Shown: positions 1-12,233 of the stretch, in pieces | How the letters are laid out: the number at the start of each line of letters is the position of its first letter | How positions within the stretch are numbered: the stretch's first letter is position 1 | Assembly: GCF_964355755.1 (NCBI RefSeq) | Contig: NC_092676.1 | Location: 4,503,888 to 4,567,887, forward strand | Direction of reading: 5' to 3' | Length of the DNA stretch: 64,000 bases | Source: Antedon mediterranea | Lineage: Eukaryota; Animalia; Echinodermata | The notes under the pieces: generated by a model | What the model saw: only the letters and a program-made list of their open reading frames with translations | Told to the model about the DNA's origin: nothing | Databases searched by the model: none | Translations under genes and position numbers: made by a program

Positions 1-771
1 GAAGTTCATATATTAAAGTTAAAAGTATATAGTTTGACAGTGCATCATTTTTTTACATTTTTAAAGATGTCATCATAGTAAAAAATTATAATTCATTGCG
101 GTATGTAATAATCTATTTGCACCAAAGTGGTTACTGCATAGTAAATACACGGAGGAATTTTTCTACAACGTTTAGTCAGTTGTGTATGGCTCGATGGTCT
201 GTGCTCGTGTCTATGGCATTCAAGGTACCGAGATCGAGTCCCACCTTGGGAAACTAAATAAGATTTTTTTTTTTATTATCCGTATTGTTTGTTCAAATTT
301 ATTTCTTAGTGTATAGATTATACACATGATTTATAATGAAATTTATTTAAAAACACAAAATGTGGTTTATGACATTATATACGCAGAAGGATCTTTGATC
401 GGATTATGATACCGGCTATTGTATTTGCGTTAGCAAGATCCTATCATATATTATAAATAACTAAAGATTCTGAGAAAATCAATCAATCAAAATATCTTAA
501 ATCAATCAATTATCTTTATTTAAATCAATGCATATAACCTATAATTCGTCATAGTGACGAATTAAATCTAGTTTTATTTATTTTTTAAAAACTTTATTTT
601 GTTTATATTTTAAGAATCTATTTTGAAAAAACAAAATTTAGTTACTGACCTGACAAGACAGTTTCAGTGCTCCTTTCACGAGCAGTTTCTTTATTTTGTT
701 TATAATACAGAGCAAAATTGAAAACCAAGACAGAACAAGAAGTATCAAAATGCCAAACTCCTATGATGGGC

Positions 772-955
772 ATATTAGTGAGCTTGCGATTAGCAACGAA
801 CGATGACTAACCTAGGTCAGGGCAATCGATGAGTCATTGGTCGTCACCTAGACCTAGACACCATTACCAACACACATCCCTAAACATCTCTGCATGCGCA
901 ACAATGACTTAACATGACATAGTTTGGTCATCGCAAATCGAAAGTTCTCTAATAT
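772..955. mobile_element. Short degenerate palindromic MITE in a CEP295 intron
   Basis: The end atattagtgagcttgcgattagc is an imperfect inverted repeat of gcaaatcgaaagttctctaatat. Confidence 0.45.
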
Positions 956-970
956 CGGCGTCTACTTTAC

Positions 971-3900
971 CTGTTTTAGCCATGTACATGTCTTCAAATG
1001 CTTCTTCTAGATTCTGCTGGTGTTGCAGTCTATCTTCTAATCGTTTATGTGGAGGTTGAAACACTTGTTTCTAATATTGTAAATTAAAATATAAAATTGA
1101 ATTGATATATTCATTTTTAAGCACTAACTTTACATAGAGGGGACAGGATTTAAGTTTCTATAAAGAAACATACAAGGATGGGGCGGTAGGTGAAACTTAA
1201 CTTGATAATGGCCCAATACCAGGAGGCAAAAGTGAGTTAAATGGCCAAGCGGTAAGGCAGGGGCCTACCTAAAAGAGCCAACAATATCGGCAGGGGTTCG
1301 AGGCTGACTTGCTCCTAGTTTTGGTGGTGGAACAAGTCTTCTTGGATAAGGACAATAAACCATAGGTCCAGTGTACACAGTTATTAAACCTGTGTGCACT
1401 TTAACGAACCCAGGTCATCATTCGAGATGAGTAAGGGGTTACCCCGGTGAACTGGTTCACAAAATAGCCCATGTATCAGGGGATTACAACCTATCTGATA
1501 GGACAGTGATTAATTACTATTGGTACTATTAGCCACATGTGCCTAAAGACACAAAGTAACAAAAACTGTTTCTGTGGATACATGCTAAGTGAAAATGTAA
1601 TTAGGTAGAAGGCAGTAAAATAAAATCTTTTGATTGAATATTAAACCACCCAACTTTGTCTTTATAGCAGTATAATATAAACTCACAGGTATTGAGGCTA
1701 CAACCGCTTGTCTCCTTCTTCTGTCCATTTGCTCAAGGTGTCCCAGCTCATTCAATAGGTGATCATAATCTTGTCTCAGTAATTCTTTTTCTCGTGCGTA
1801 TTTGTGGCGGAGTACTGCTTTCTCGTGTCTTTCTTTGATTTCTCTCGATCTTTCTTCCTCCTCTTCTTTTGAACGCTGTATTTCTTCGACAGCAGCTACA
1901 CGCGCATCAGACTGTTTCATTTCATTAATTTTATGCATCCAAGAGAGAAATATCATTTTTTTTTTTAAAGGAATAAAAGAAATTAAAAGATGAAAAGGCT
2001 AAAATCTAGTGTACGTGGTTGATGACATAAACAACTTACTAAACAACAATAAAAAAATTAATACAGTAAAAAAAAATATATATATATAGTTAAAAAGTAC
2101 GTATGAAAAAGTTACAATAGTATCAGCAGAACTTATTAAATAGATTCAACTTATATAATTTGTTGAATACATTATTGGCTATAGGTATTAAATATCAATT
2201 ATTTATTATAAAAAAAATCATCTTTAATTTAATTAATCATCTCAATCAATCAATTTAAAGCTGGTTTGGAGATTGAAACACTGGTCTGACCAGGGTAAAT
2301 TTTTTTCTTAAAAATAATTTTTTGTAATAGTTTCTTTCATGGGAATAATAAGTACAGTCCTAAAAGTCTCAAGAACAAGGTATATAGAGGTATAAAGGCA
2401 ATATAATTCTTCCTAACAATAATATTATTTGTGTACCTGTTGATGTGTGCTTGCCTTTTCAGCATAACCCGCTGTCACATGATAGTGAGTCGTAGATAAC
2501 CCTGTCTCACTTGTAAGCTTCACAGTGTGCACCTCTGGACCATCATCTAAATTCCATGCCTTTTCAGGGGGAGGAAGCTTAGCTATTTCAGCAGCTCGTA
2601 TTCTTTCAGCTTCAAGAGCAGTCTTACGGGCCATGATGTGTGAATTCTCCCTCTGCCACTGAGCATCCTGCTTTTTGTGCAGGTTGTCCAGAGCTACGCT
2701 GTATCTTTCTTCTGCTTTTCTGTTGTTATGTATTGAAGTTATTGTCCTTTCAATATCTGTTGGTTTCTGATAAACACAAAATTAATTTAGCAAGGAGCAA
2801 AACAGGACAATTATAATAAATGATTGGCATGTGAACGATAACAAAACTATACTATTTGTTTTTAAAAAAAGCACAGTAAGCTATAATAAAAAAAAAAACA
2901 GGCACTGTAATCATACATGGTATTTAACACGTTTTCCTCATATCTCAGGGTCCTGTGTTCAAGTCCTGGCTAGGGTACCCATTAAAGGCTTTCTAAGGAT
3001 CTAATATAGATTATAAAAAATGTCTGAATAATGATTGAGGATACCTGTTCTGATGCCTCTTTGTGGCCTTGTCCAATGCTTCGTAGATTGCAACTATACA
3101 ACTTCTGAAGGGCTTCAATTTTGTTGCGTTGTTCCCTTAGCCAATTCTCTCGCAGCTGACTGCCTAGAACTTTCACCTCCTCCTCTTTCTTTTTGCTCAC
3201 AGCATTACGAAGCTGACGGGCAAATAGTTTCTCTTGTTCCCTTACCTAACAATGAATAATAAAGATATGTAGATATGGATAAGCCAGTTTAATTGTGTGC
3301 GGTCAAAGAGAGGAACAATTTTCTACTAGCTAACCCTATACACAGATTTAAGCTCTGTTTACACTATCAAACTTTATGTGATGTGCCCATGTATAAATGG
3401 ACACGATGACATCATATCACTACCATATTTGGGCACATAACACTTTTTTTCGTCAAAGTTTGATAGTGTAGACAGAGCTTGAGGTTCTTACTGTATTAAA
3501 TGATTTGAATATCGATAGTAAACCTGTGCAAACTTAACATGAAAATTATTTTCTATTCCTTAAGTTTTCAATTGGAATTGTTAATTGTGGGTTGTAAAGA
3601 TAAACAACCAAATCAAATTTAAGGTGCATGGTCAACCGTGCAGTTACAGAAAAGATTAAAATAGAATATACCGTTTAATTACGGTCAACTAATCCAGGTT
3701 GAGGGCCTTCATATATTGACCATCAACAATTGTATATTCTATTTAACAACAATGAAACGTAATAATAAGGTTTAAAAAAAGAAAATGTAAAATTACGTAC
3801 AAATTCGAGAATCATTAAAAGAATGTCACTGTTTCTAGAAAAATAAATTTCTTTTTAAATAAAAAATTGAAAGCAAAAGGTGGCAACCTCCAAAGGCAAG

Positions 3901-4775
3901 CCTGAGTGGGAGGAGTCAAACATTAACCAAGTTTCGAACAAAGGTTCACACACAGAACAAACAGTCAAGATTCGGAAAAAATATTCAACTAGAAAGACAC
4001 TCCGAGAGTGCATACCTCCGCCTACTGTAAAATTCTCCTACATAAGATTTCTCGGAATTTGAAAAATAGGTTTTTTAAACTACTCGCATCAAAAAACGTG
4101 CACATTAAATCAAATTATGTTTTAAAATTACAAATCACAAATTATAACTCTTGCCTCTTGTTCAAAAATGAAGTTTTTTGGACAAGTAGTTCTCGAGAAA
4201 ATGCAATTTCAGTTTACTTGTTACTTTAAGACTGCTCGCCGGCTTTTGAAAAATTCTGTCCTATCTTTTAACACTAGCAGGTCTGAAAAAGTATACTAAA
4301 AAGTGGTCCAGAATTGGGACTGTGGTCCCAAATGGTCCCAAAATTTAATGGAATGGTCCTTGACCACATATCTATCTGTCTACTCCTTTTGGTAAAGATC
4401 TTGTGATTACTTTTTGAGTAATCCTGCTAACAAACAAACAAACAAACAAAAAACCAAACAGATCAACATACTGTACTTGGCCAATTTTCAATTTGGCCAA
4501 GTAACAAACAAACACACGCTACCGATTACACATACCTCCTTGGCGGAGGTAAATGAAATTAATATCCAGAAATAAAGCATTTTTTTAACTTTGAAGAAAA
4601 AACCTGATCACATTTATTTAATAACTTACACAGTTAACCGTGCCGATCCCCCATTGATATAAATGAATATCTTTACCTGTTGTAATCTTTGTTTTCTTCT
4701 TTTATCTTTCTCTTTTTGAATCAGTGCAGCCTCTTCATTTGGACTTAAACGGTAACCTCTACCAAGTGAAACCAT
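971..4775 (-). CDS. CEP295: Centrosomal protein of 295 kDa (CEP295/KIAA1731) homologue, 5' coding exons; gene continues beyond the left edge
   Basis: GT-AG exons in phase: 4775-4677 (MVSLGRGYRLSPNEEAALIQKEKDKRRKQRLQQ), 3245-3045 (VREQEKLFARQLR...SIGQGHKEASEQ), 2766-2437 (...HIMARKTALEAERIRAAEIAKLPPP...), 1911-1687, 1070-971 (QVFQPPHKRLE...LEEAFEDMY). A further 39-nt exon at 688-650 is possible but has a weak acceptor. These motifs match the CEP295 N-terminus as I recall it (RLSPNEEA, RLxQVREQE, GxGH, AFEDMY). The ATG exon begins at an acceptor (4783), so an upstream exon exists. Confidence 0.88.
1230..1560 (+). mobile_element. tRNA-derived SINE with Deu/Nin-like central domain
   Basis: A-box-like tggccaagcggtaagg and B-box-like ggttcgaggc. 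These are followed by ggataaggacaataaaccataggtcc...gcactttaacgaaccc...gagtaaggggttaccccggtg, which resembles the DeuSINE core as I recall it. Confidence 0.6.
3351..3479. mobile_element. PIF/Harbinger (Tourist-like) MITE family copy
   Basis: TIR agctctgt(c/t)tacactatcaaact...agtttgatagtgtagacagagct with TWA-like flanks. Other copies at about 17345-17511, 18175-18277, 25128-25254, 33175-33300, 46776-47232 (interrupted), 59615-59778 and 62820-62960. Confidence 0.75.
3987..4553 (+). mobile_element. Non-autonomous Helentron/HINE-like element
   Basis: Starts aactaga. The 5' subterminal catacctccgcc pairs with the 3' hairpin tacctccttggcggaggta, and there is an internal (caaa)n microsatellite. A 5' partial copy lies at about 63527-63580. 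Confidence 0.6.
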
Positions 4776-4944
4776 TTCTACTTCTAAAAACAAAAGACAA
4801 TGTGATTCATTCCAATAACCTACATACCTGTACTATATTTTATTTATATGGTTGACTTACTGTGTCTATAGAAAATGTAGATTACAACTAACACAATTAT
4901 TTGGCTGTGCTGTCAAAAGTTGTACACCTAACTTTTAAACTCAG

Positions 4945-5221
4945 TGTTGTGAACGGCGTCCACTGGATGAACAGACCACCACTCCAACCGAACGAGGGCG
5001 TCGCCCGATAGCCTGAGTGGAATACACAGGGTATGCAAATGTTAACGTGGGACCTTGACGCCGCCCAAACTGGACTATTCAAAGCAGGAAACCAAGGGAA
5101 CAAGATGGAACATACACCGATATACTTTAACTTTGACTTGCTTAACGAAATCTTGTGTGATTTATACAGGAAAGCAGGACTAGTAAGGGTAAGCCTAGTT
5201 GCTGTACTATTGTCTGGAACA
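4945..5221. mobile_element. Probable solo LTR
   Basis: 277-bp GC-richer segment with TGTT...AACA termini. Flanks actcag (4939-4944) and acttag (5222-5227) form a 6-bp TSD with one transition. Confidence 0.55.
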
Positions 5222-5656
5222 ACTTAGATATGACTTTTAAAAATGCAAAATCCATCAATGTTTTTAAAAAATTATATAAGTTGTATCTAATTACCATAAG
5301 TACAAATCATAATTTCTGCCGATGTTAATGTTATTTTATATTTATATATTAATATATTGTATATATCCTTTTATAGATTTAGCTGTTTAGTTTTTTTAGG
5401 TCTTCAACCTTGTACAAGCTTTTAGCTTTTTGTTGTTGATCCTTTTCATCTTTTATGCATTTTTATCTTTGACATGTTTTAAAATTTTTAATTTTTTTTT
5501 TTGATGAATAAAATGAATGAAATGAAATGAAATGTACTTATTACAGTGCTGACTGAAAATCACAAAATACTGTAACACTATATACTGTATTATATACAAT
5601 AAGTAGGAGTTTTCCTGAACACATCACATATTAAGCGGAGCACAGTCTTCAAAATC

Positions 5657-6250
5657 ATAGATAGTGAAACAAGCAATGATAAGTTCAATGTTTTACTAAA
5701 AGAATATTCTAAACATCGTTATGGAGTCAAATTCAAATGGTTGATGTGTCTTTTACACAATTTATTAACAATTTACATGTTTAGCGAATCAGCATTGCAT
5801 TTGTTCTCCGATAGTAGTCAACTTAAATTTAAACATCATATCTCTTTTTATGATGTGGAAATTTTGTTGGAAATTGCGAAATTGACAGGACAAGATGCAG
5901 CTAGAGAGCTTGTTGAAAAATACAAACAATGTACTATTGGATATAATCCCCAAAAAAATGTGAAAGGTTGACACGATATAGAAGAAAACTTTTTGAGTCG
6001 CTTAGAGAATTTGGAATGGAATTTCCTAAAATTGATGTGTACTATAAGAAAGGCAAAGAGAATATTAAGGATATATGGGACTTTGCTTTCCTTCTGGAAA
6101 TAGATAACAAAACATCTTCAAAAATAAGAAAATTTAAATTACAAAACCAAAAAGCTGCAAATAAATTCATTAACTGTCCAGAGACTCCTCCTGAGCCACA
6201 TATACTAGATGTTTCTCCAGGGGTTAGAAAAAGAAAATCACTAAATTTAT
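5657..6250 (+). pseudogene. Decayed tandem death-effector-domain-like (DED-like) gene fragment
   Basis: Frame opens at 5657 with ATA (possibly a mutated ATG): DSETSNDKFNVLLKEYS...HISFYDVEILLEIAKLTGQDAARELVEKYK. A frameshift near 5960 leads into LTRYRRKLFESLREFG...IKDIWDFAFLLE. Two helical units resemble invertebrate tandem DEDs by eye; not HMM-verified. Confidence 0.45.
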
Positions 6251-6412
6251 TTATATGGTTGAATGTGTCCATAGAAACTTTAGATTACAATTACAATGCA
6301 CAATTATTTGGCCGTGCTGTCAAAAGTTGTACACCTAACTTTTAAACCCAGCCAGTCACACTACTGTACTGTGTCTGATACCCCTTTTACACCGCCGAGC
6401 TTATAACAAACC

Positions 6413-6584
6413 TGTAGTATATGCACGCGCACATATATGTATGCGTACTGCGCATATGTCTGACGAGGTTTAGCCTACAAAACGTTCTATACTTGTTCAT
6501 GACTACTAGTTGGTTTCATTAAATACGTTCATTATTATACTCATCTCAACGTACTTATTAATTTGTCTACGACAATACACGACA
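6413..6584 (+). repeat. 5' LTR
   Basis: tgtagtat...acacgaca. Differs from the 3' LTR by 5 transitions and 3 small indels (manual alignment). Confidence 0.95.
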
Positions 6585-6585
6585 C

Positions 6586-6598
6586 TGGCGACGAGGAT
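6586..6598 (+). promoter_or_regulatory. Primer-binding site, tRNA-Ser(GCT)
   Basis: TGGCGACGAGGAT is complementary to the 3' end (...ATCCTCGTCG-CCA) of metazoan tRNA-Ser(GCT) and lies 1 nt after the 5' LTR. Confidence 0.85.
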
Positions 6599-6770
6599 AC
6601 AGGCACATTTAATTTACATAGAGAGAAACGGAAGTATAATAATATTATAAAACTAGGCCTAGGCCTAGGCTAGCAGTTTTAGATTTTCCAACAACGGCAA
6701 CCGTAACCAAGGAACCGCACAGGCTAATAACGATTCTGAGCGCCCTGAACGTACAGAGCGAAGCGCGGTA

Positions 6771-7919
6771 ATGGCAGCGGCTAATACCAGAATTCTATTC
6801 GAGGAATTCAACGTCCAGGATGGAGACATAGATACGTATGTGGACAGGCTGGAACAATATTTTGTGGCATTAGATATCAATGACGGAGGTAAGAAAAGAG
6901 CGATATTATTGAGTAGTTTAGGAGAGACTGGATACACAACGATACGAGATTTGTGTTTTCCTGATAAACCAAGTACAAAATCGTACGATACGCTCACAAC
7001 CAAGCTCAAAGAGCATTACAAACCTACTCGAATAACGATTTCTGAACGATTTATATTCAGAAATGTAAAACAGACACCGGGACAGACTATTTCTCAATTT
7101 GTATCCCATCTAAAGAAAAAGGCGATACATTGTGGTTTTGAAGGAGAGGCATTGGAAAACGCACGGCGTGATCAGTTCGTATGTGGACTACTAATGGAGT
7201 GGAGCTGTGGCTTGGTGGTTATGATGCTTGGCTACCAATCTAAGGGTCCTGGGTTTAAGTCCTGTCATATGTCAGGGTTTTTTTCTCATGACAATTTACA
7301 ACTCCACTCCCAAAGACTTAATAATAAGTCTTTGTTTATGTAGAGCATCTTGTGTATATGTTTGTCTTGTGAAATTATTAAATAGTTTATCCATCCTGTA
7401 ATTGGCGGGTTACTCGCTGTTGGATGAGTATGAAATAAAAAAAATAAATAAAAAAAAAAAATAAGTCAGAGCATCCAAAAGAAATTATTGACAAAGAACC
7501 ATACGTTCAAGGAAGCAACAGACATAGCCATAGCCTCGGAGGCAGCAACAGCGAATATGAAAAGTATGTCGCACGATGTTGACAAGTCAATCAACCACGT
7601 TACGTCTAACAGCAGGAAGTCTACGAAAACTTATCAAGCGTCAAAACTAACGAGAACGCAGAAATGTGACCGCTGTGGTATGAACAATCATACAAGAGAT
7701 ACGTGTAAATACAAAAACGCTACATGCTTTAAATGCAACAAACAAGGACACCTAAAATCAGAATGCAGGCAGTCGAGTAAATCAACAAAACAATATAAAC
7801 CTAAATCCATCAAGCAAGTAGAAGCACCGGATTACGACGAAGGTAATGACGATTTTGTAGATACAATGTTTTGCGTAGGCATTAAGCAGGACAATTCGGT
7901 ACCACCAATGATGATATAG
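6771..7919 (+). pseudogene. gag: Gag, interrupted by a SINE
   Basis: Removing 7194-7463 rejoins RDQFVCGLL to SQSIQKKLLTKNHTF in frame. Zinc knuckles CDRCGMNNHTRDTC and CFKCNKQGHLKSEC. Stop at 7917-7919. Confidence 0.9.
7194..7463 (+). mobile_element. tRNA-derived SINE inserted in gag
   Basis: A box tggcttggtgg, B box ggtttaagtcc and an A-rich tail at about 7433-7463. A related head lies on the minus strand at about 21362-21452. Confidence 0.85.
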
Positions 7920-10614
7920 ATATTGATTTTGAAGTAGATACGGGCGCAGCAGTATCGATAATTAGCTTTGACGATTACGAAAGCAAGCTTAGCCATCTAC
8001 CATTAAAGTCAGTAAAACGTACACTTCACGCATACACAGGTACTAAGCTCGATATAGCAGGAGAAATTAAAGTCACCGTGAACTATAGGGGCCAGAGTAA
8101 CGTTCTCCCACTGATAGTAGTGAGAACGCAGCGACGAAACTCACCACCCTTGCTTGGAAGAACCTGGTTAGAAGTGATTAAGTTTGGACTGGAAGGAAGT
8201 CATTATTTCCACCATCGCTTGCTCAGAATTCGGTAGAAATAGATAACGATGTCGGTCAGTCATACAAACGGAAGTTCCCAGAAGTTTTCCGAATGGAATT
8301 AGGTACGGTTCAGGGACACAAAGCGACATTACATCTAAAAGTGAACGCAATCCCAAAATTCTGCAAAGCTCGAAATGTTCCATTTGCGCTACGCTCCGCA
8401 GTTGAGGTAGAGTTAGACAGAATGCAAAACGAAGGAGTTATTTATCCGGTAGACTTTAGTCAGTGGGCAACCCCATTGGTATGTATTCCAAAGGCCGATG
8501 GCAGGGTACGTGTCTGCGGAGATTATAAAGTAACAGTCAACCCGAGTTTAAATTGCGACCAATATCCAATTCCGACCCCAGAGGAAGTTTTCACCAAATT
8601 GGGAGGTGGAAAGCGATTCTCTAAGATTGATTTGAAATGTGCGTACCAGCAGTTAGTACTGGAAGACGAGGCGCAAGAGTTGGTAACGATCAACACGCAC
8701 CGCGGATTATATCGATACACAAGGTTACCGTTTGGTATTTCGTCCAGTCCAGCAATATGGCAGCGATTCATAGAACAGGTGATAGCAGGACTTAAAGGAA
8801 CATGTGCGATCATGGACGATGTTCTTGTTACAGGTGCGTCTGATAAAGAGCATATTAGTAATCTTGAGAAACTATTTGAGAGATTTAACAAGTATGGTCT
8901 CAGAGTGAAAGCTGAGAAATGCGCGTTTGTACAAAAGGAAGTAGTCTACATGGGACGTAAGCTATCAGCAGCAGGAATTCAACCGACAAACGATAAAGTG
9001 AAAGCCATCAAGGATGCACGAGCACCACAGAATGCAACAGAACTAAGATCCTGGCTAGGACTAGTTAACTATCACGCGTCATTTATTCCACGATTATCGA
9101 CGATGATACATCCTTTGAATGAGCTGTTGGGAAGCAAACCATGGTCATTGACTGTCGACTGTAGTAAAGCGTTTAACGCGGTAAAGCAAATTATTAGCGA
9201 AGACATGATGTTGACGCATTATGACCCATTAAAACCACTGGAACTATACACGGACGCATCACCATACGGAGTTGGCGCAGTCATTTGCCACGTAAACGAG
9301 AACAATATCAAAACACCGATCGCGTACGCATCGCAAAGCCTGCATAAACACGAAAAGGGTTATGCACAACTAGACAAGGAAGCCCTAAGCATCATGTTTG
9401 GACTTCAAAGGTATAGAACATACTTATACGGACGGAAATTCACGATAAGAACTGATCATAAGCCACTTAAACGCATTCTAGGACCTAAATCAGCTATTCC
9501 GACACTGGCCGCACAGAGATTACAGCGATGGGCAATCGTGCTGTCAGCGTTTGAATACGATTTAAAGTTCATTCCTGGAAAACAGAACGTAATTGCCGAC
9601 GCACTCTCACGTCTCCCAATGCCATACGAAGGACGGGAAGACGATGCAGTATACAACATAGCGGGGCATACATTAGACAATTTGCCAGTCACGAGTACGA
9701 ACGTACAACAGCATACCAGGAAAGACCCGCTATTGAGCAAAGTGTTATACATGGTACAGACAGGTTTATGGCAGTCAGAAAACGACGACGATCTAAAACC
9801 ATTCCTACACCGAAGAGACGAATTGAGTGTAGAACAGGACTGTTTGCTGTGGGGATACAGGGTAGTGATTCCACCGAAACTCAGAGGAGCAGTTCTGGAG
9901 GAGCTTCATTGTGCTCACCCCGGAATCGTGCGTATGAAAGAGATTGCGCGAAGTCATGTCTGGTGGCCCCAGATAGATTCCGACATTGAACGATTGGTGA
10001 AGCAATGTCAAGCATGTCACCAAACACAAAGTCGACCAAGCGTAGCACCAATGATGCCCTGGATCTGGCCAAATCAGCCTTGGACACGAATACATATTGA
10101 CTATGCGCAGAAAGATAAACGAGATTATCTAGTAGTGGTTGACTCATATTCGAAATGGCCAGAAGTCGTTCAGATGAACAGTACGACGAGTGCAGCGACC
10201 ATCAAAGCGATGAGAGAGTTGTTCAGTAGATACGGATTGCCTGTTCAACTTGTAAGCAATAATGGACCTCAATTTGTTAGCGACGAATTTGAATTCTTCT
10301 TAAAGCAAAACGGGGTGAAACATGTAAAGGTTGCACCTTGTCACGTCGCAAGCAACGGAGCAGCAGAACGAATGGTTCAATCTTTCAAAAGATCGTCAGC
10401 GGCAAGCCGAGCTAATGGGAAGGATTTCCAACAATGTTTGGACAGATTTCTTTTATCGTATCGCACAACAAAACACGCAACTACGGGACAAACGCCAGCG
10501 AAGTTATTCATGGGCCGTGAGTTGAGAACGCGAGTATCACTTTTACATCCCAGTACAGAAAACAAGGTACTGAACAAGCAGAGTGATCAGAAGCTTCATC
10601 ACGACAAAACGTAA
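7920..10614 (+). pseudogene. pol: Pol: aspartic protease, reverse transcriptase, RNase H, integrase
   Basis: Protease FEVDTGAAVS...LLGRTWL at about 7930-8170, frameshifted relative to the RT ORF. ORF 8293-10614 has LPFGISSSPAIWQ, IMDDVLV, YTDASPYGVGA, TDHKPL, an HHCC zinc finger and an integrase core whose second catalytic D is changed to N (VSNNGPQF). Confidence 0.93.
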
Positions 10615-10975
10615 TTAGTGTTGAGGATGGCCTAGTGTTGAGGATGGCCGAGTGTGGAAAAGGCACATTGACCAGTTGAAAGCGACAGACGCGGACGCTT
10701 ACGCGAGTAAAACCCCTACTTCACATAGCGAGTTGGAACACAAGATTAAACAGACAGTACCAATAACGATTGCGAGCGAAACGATTGCGAACAAAGAGCA
10801 AACATCCACCAACCAACCGGTTGAAGAGGAACATAGATTGTCTTCATCGCCTGAGGTTATTCCACGACGCTCCACGCGACTTCGAAGGAAGCCAACGCGA
10901 TTTATCGAAGAGATATAGAACTTGTGAACAATGTTATTATTATGAACCTTAAAGTTATGTTGTTCATGTTTTTAC

Positions 10976-11873
10976 ATGAACAGTACGACGAGTGCAGCGA
11001 CCATCAAAGCGATGAGAGAGTTGTTCAGTAGATACGGATTGCCTGTTCAACTTGTAAGCGATAATGGACCTCAATTTGTTAGCGACAAATTTGAATTCTT
11101 CTTAAAGCAAAACGGGGTGAAACATGTAAAGGTTGCACCTTTTCACGCCGCAAGCAACGGAGCAGCAGAACGAATGGTTCAATCTTTCAAAAGATCGTTA
11201 GCGGCAAGCCAAGCGAATGTGAAGGATTTCCAACAATGTTTGGACAGATTTCTTTTATCGTATCGCACAACAAAACATGCAACTACGGGACAAACGCCAG
11301 CGAAGTTATTCATGGGCCGTGAGTTAAGAACGCGAGTATCACTTTTACATCCCAGTCCAGAAAACAAGGTACTGAACAAGCAGAGTGATCAGAAGCTTCA
11401 TCACGACAAAACGAAAGATCTACGAGAATTTTACCCAGGTGAAATGGTATTAGTGAAAGATTTCTGACAAGAGGGAAAGTGGTGGCCAGGTACCGTGATA
11501 GAACGTACCGCTCCAAAATCATGCGTAATTAGTGTTGAGGATGGCCGAGTGTGGAAAAGACACATTAGACCAGTTGAAAGCGACAGACGCGGACGCTTAC
11601 GCGAGTAAAACCCCTACTTCACATAGCGAGTTGGAACACAAGATTAAACAGACAGTACCAATAACGATTGCGAGCGAAATGATTGCGAACAAAGAGCAAA
11701 CATCCACCAACCAACCGGTTGAAGAGGAACATAGATTGTCTTCATCGCCTGAGGTTATTCCACGACGCTCCACGCGACTTCGAAGGAAGCCAACGCGACT
11801 TATCGAAGAGATATAGAACTTGTGAACAATGTTATTATTATGAACGTTAAAGTTATGTTGTTCATGTTTTTAC
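10976..11873 (+). repeat. Tandem duplicate of the integrase core/C-terminus and 3' region (copy of 10174-10975)
   Basis: Near-identical repeat starting atgaacagtacgacg in both copies. This copy keeps VSDNGPQF and about 113 bp that copy 1 lacks, but has a stop at 11465-11467. Confidence 0.95.
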
Positions 11874-12058
11874 ACAAAGTTATAATGGTGAGAATTACTC
11901 ACATTTGTTAATTATATGAGGAACCAAATAAGAACTATCGGGAACTATAGAAGCAGTAATTTAATCACGATGATTAACCTATTTGATTAACAAGATAATT
12001 AACGAAAGTTTATTGTGCTTATTGATATAATGTTAACGTTAAAATAAGAAAGGAGGAG

Positions 12059-12233
12059 TGTAGTATATGCACACGCATATATATATATGCGTACTGCGCA
12101 TATGCTCTGACGACGAGGTTAGCCTACAAAACGTTCTATACTTGTTCACGACTACTAGTTGGTTTCATTAAATACGTTCATTATTATACTCATCTCAACG
12201 TACTTATTAATTTGTCTACGACGATACACGACA
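12059..12233 (+). repeat. 3' LTR
   Basis: Direct repeat of 6413-6584, preceded by a polypurine tract. Confidence 0.95.

Larger units (their letters stand above)
6413..12233 (+). mobile_element. Ty3/gypsy LTR retrotransposon (Mag-like), full-length but defective
   Basis: LTRs 6413-6584 and 12059-12233 (TG...CA). PBS tggcgacgaggat at 6586-6598 and PPT aaaataagaaaggaggag at 12041-12058. Gag with two CCHC knuckles, followed by protease-RT-RNase H-integrase. Confidence 0.97.

Noticed and set aside
7200-7275. tRNA gene (likewise about 175-250, 21362-21452, 27812-27886, 51325-51385, 56700-56760)
   Set aside because: A and B boxes are present but there is no convincing cloverleaf; these are SINE or repeat heads.
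8168-11522. Antisense and alternate-frame ORFs over pol
   Set aside because: Shadow ORFs of the retrotransposon coding region with no independent motifs.
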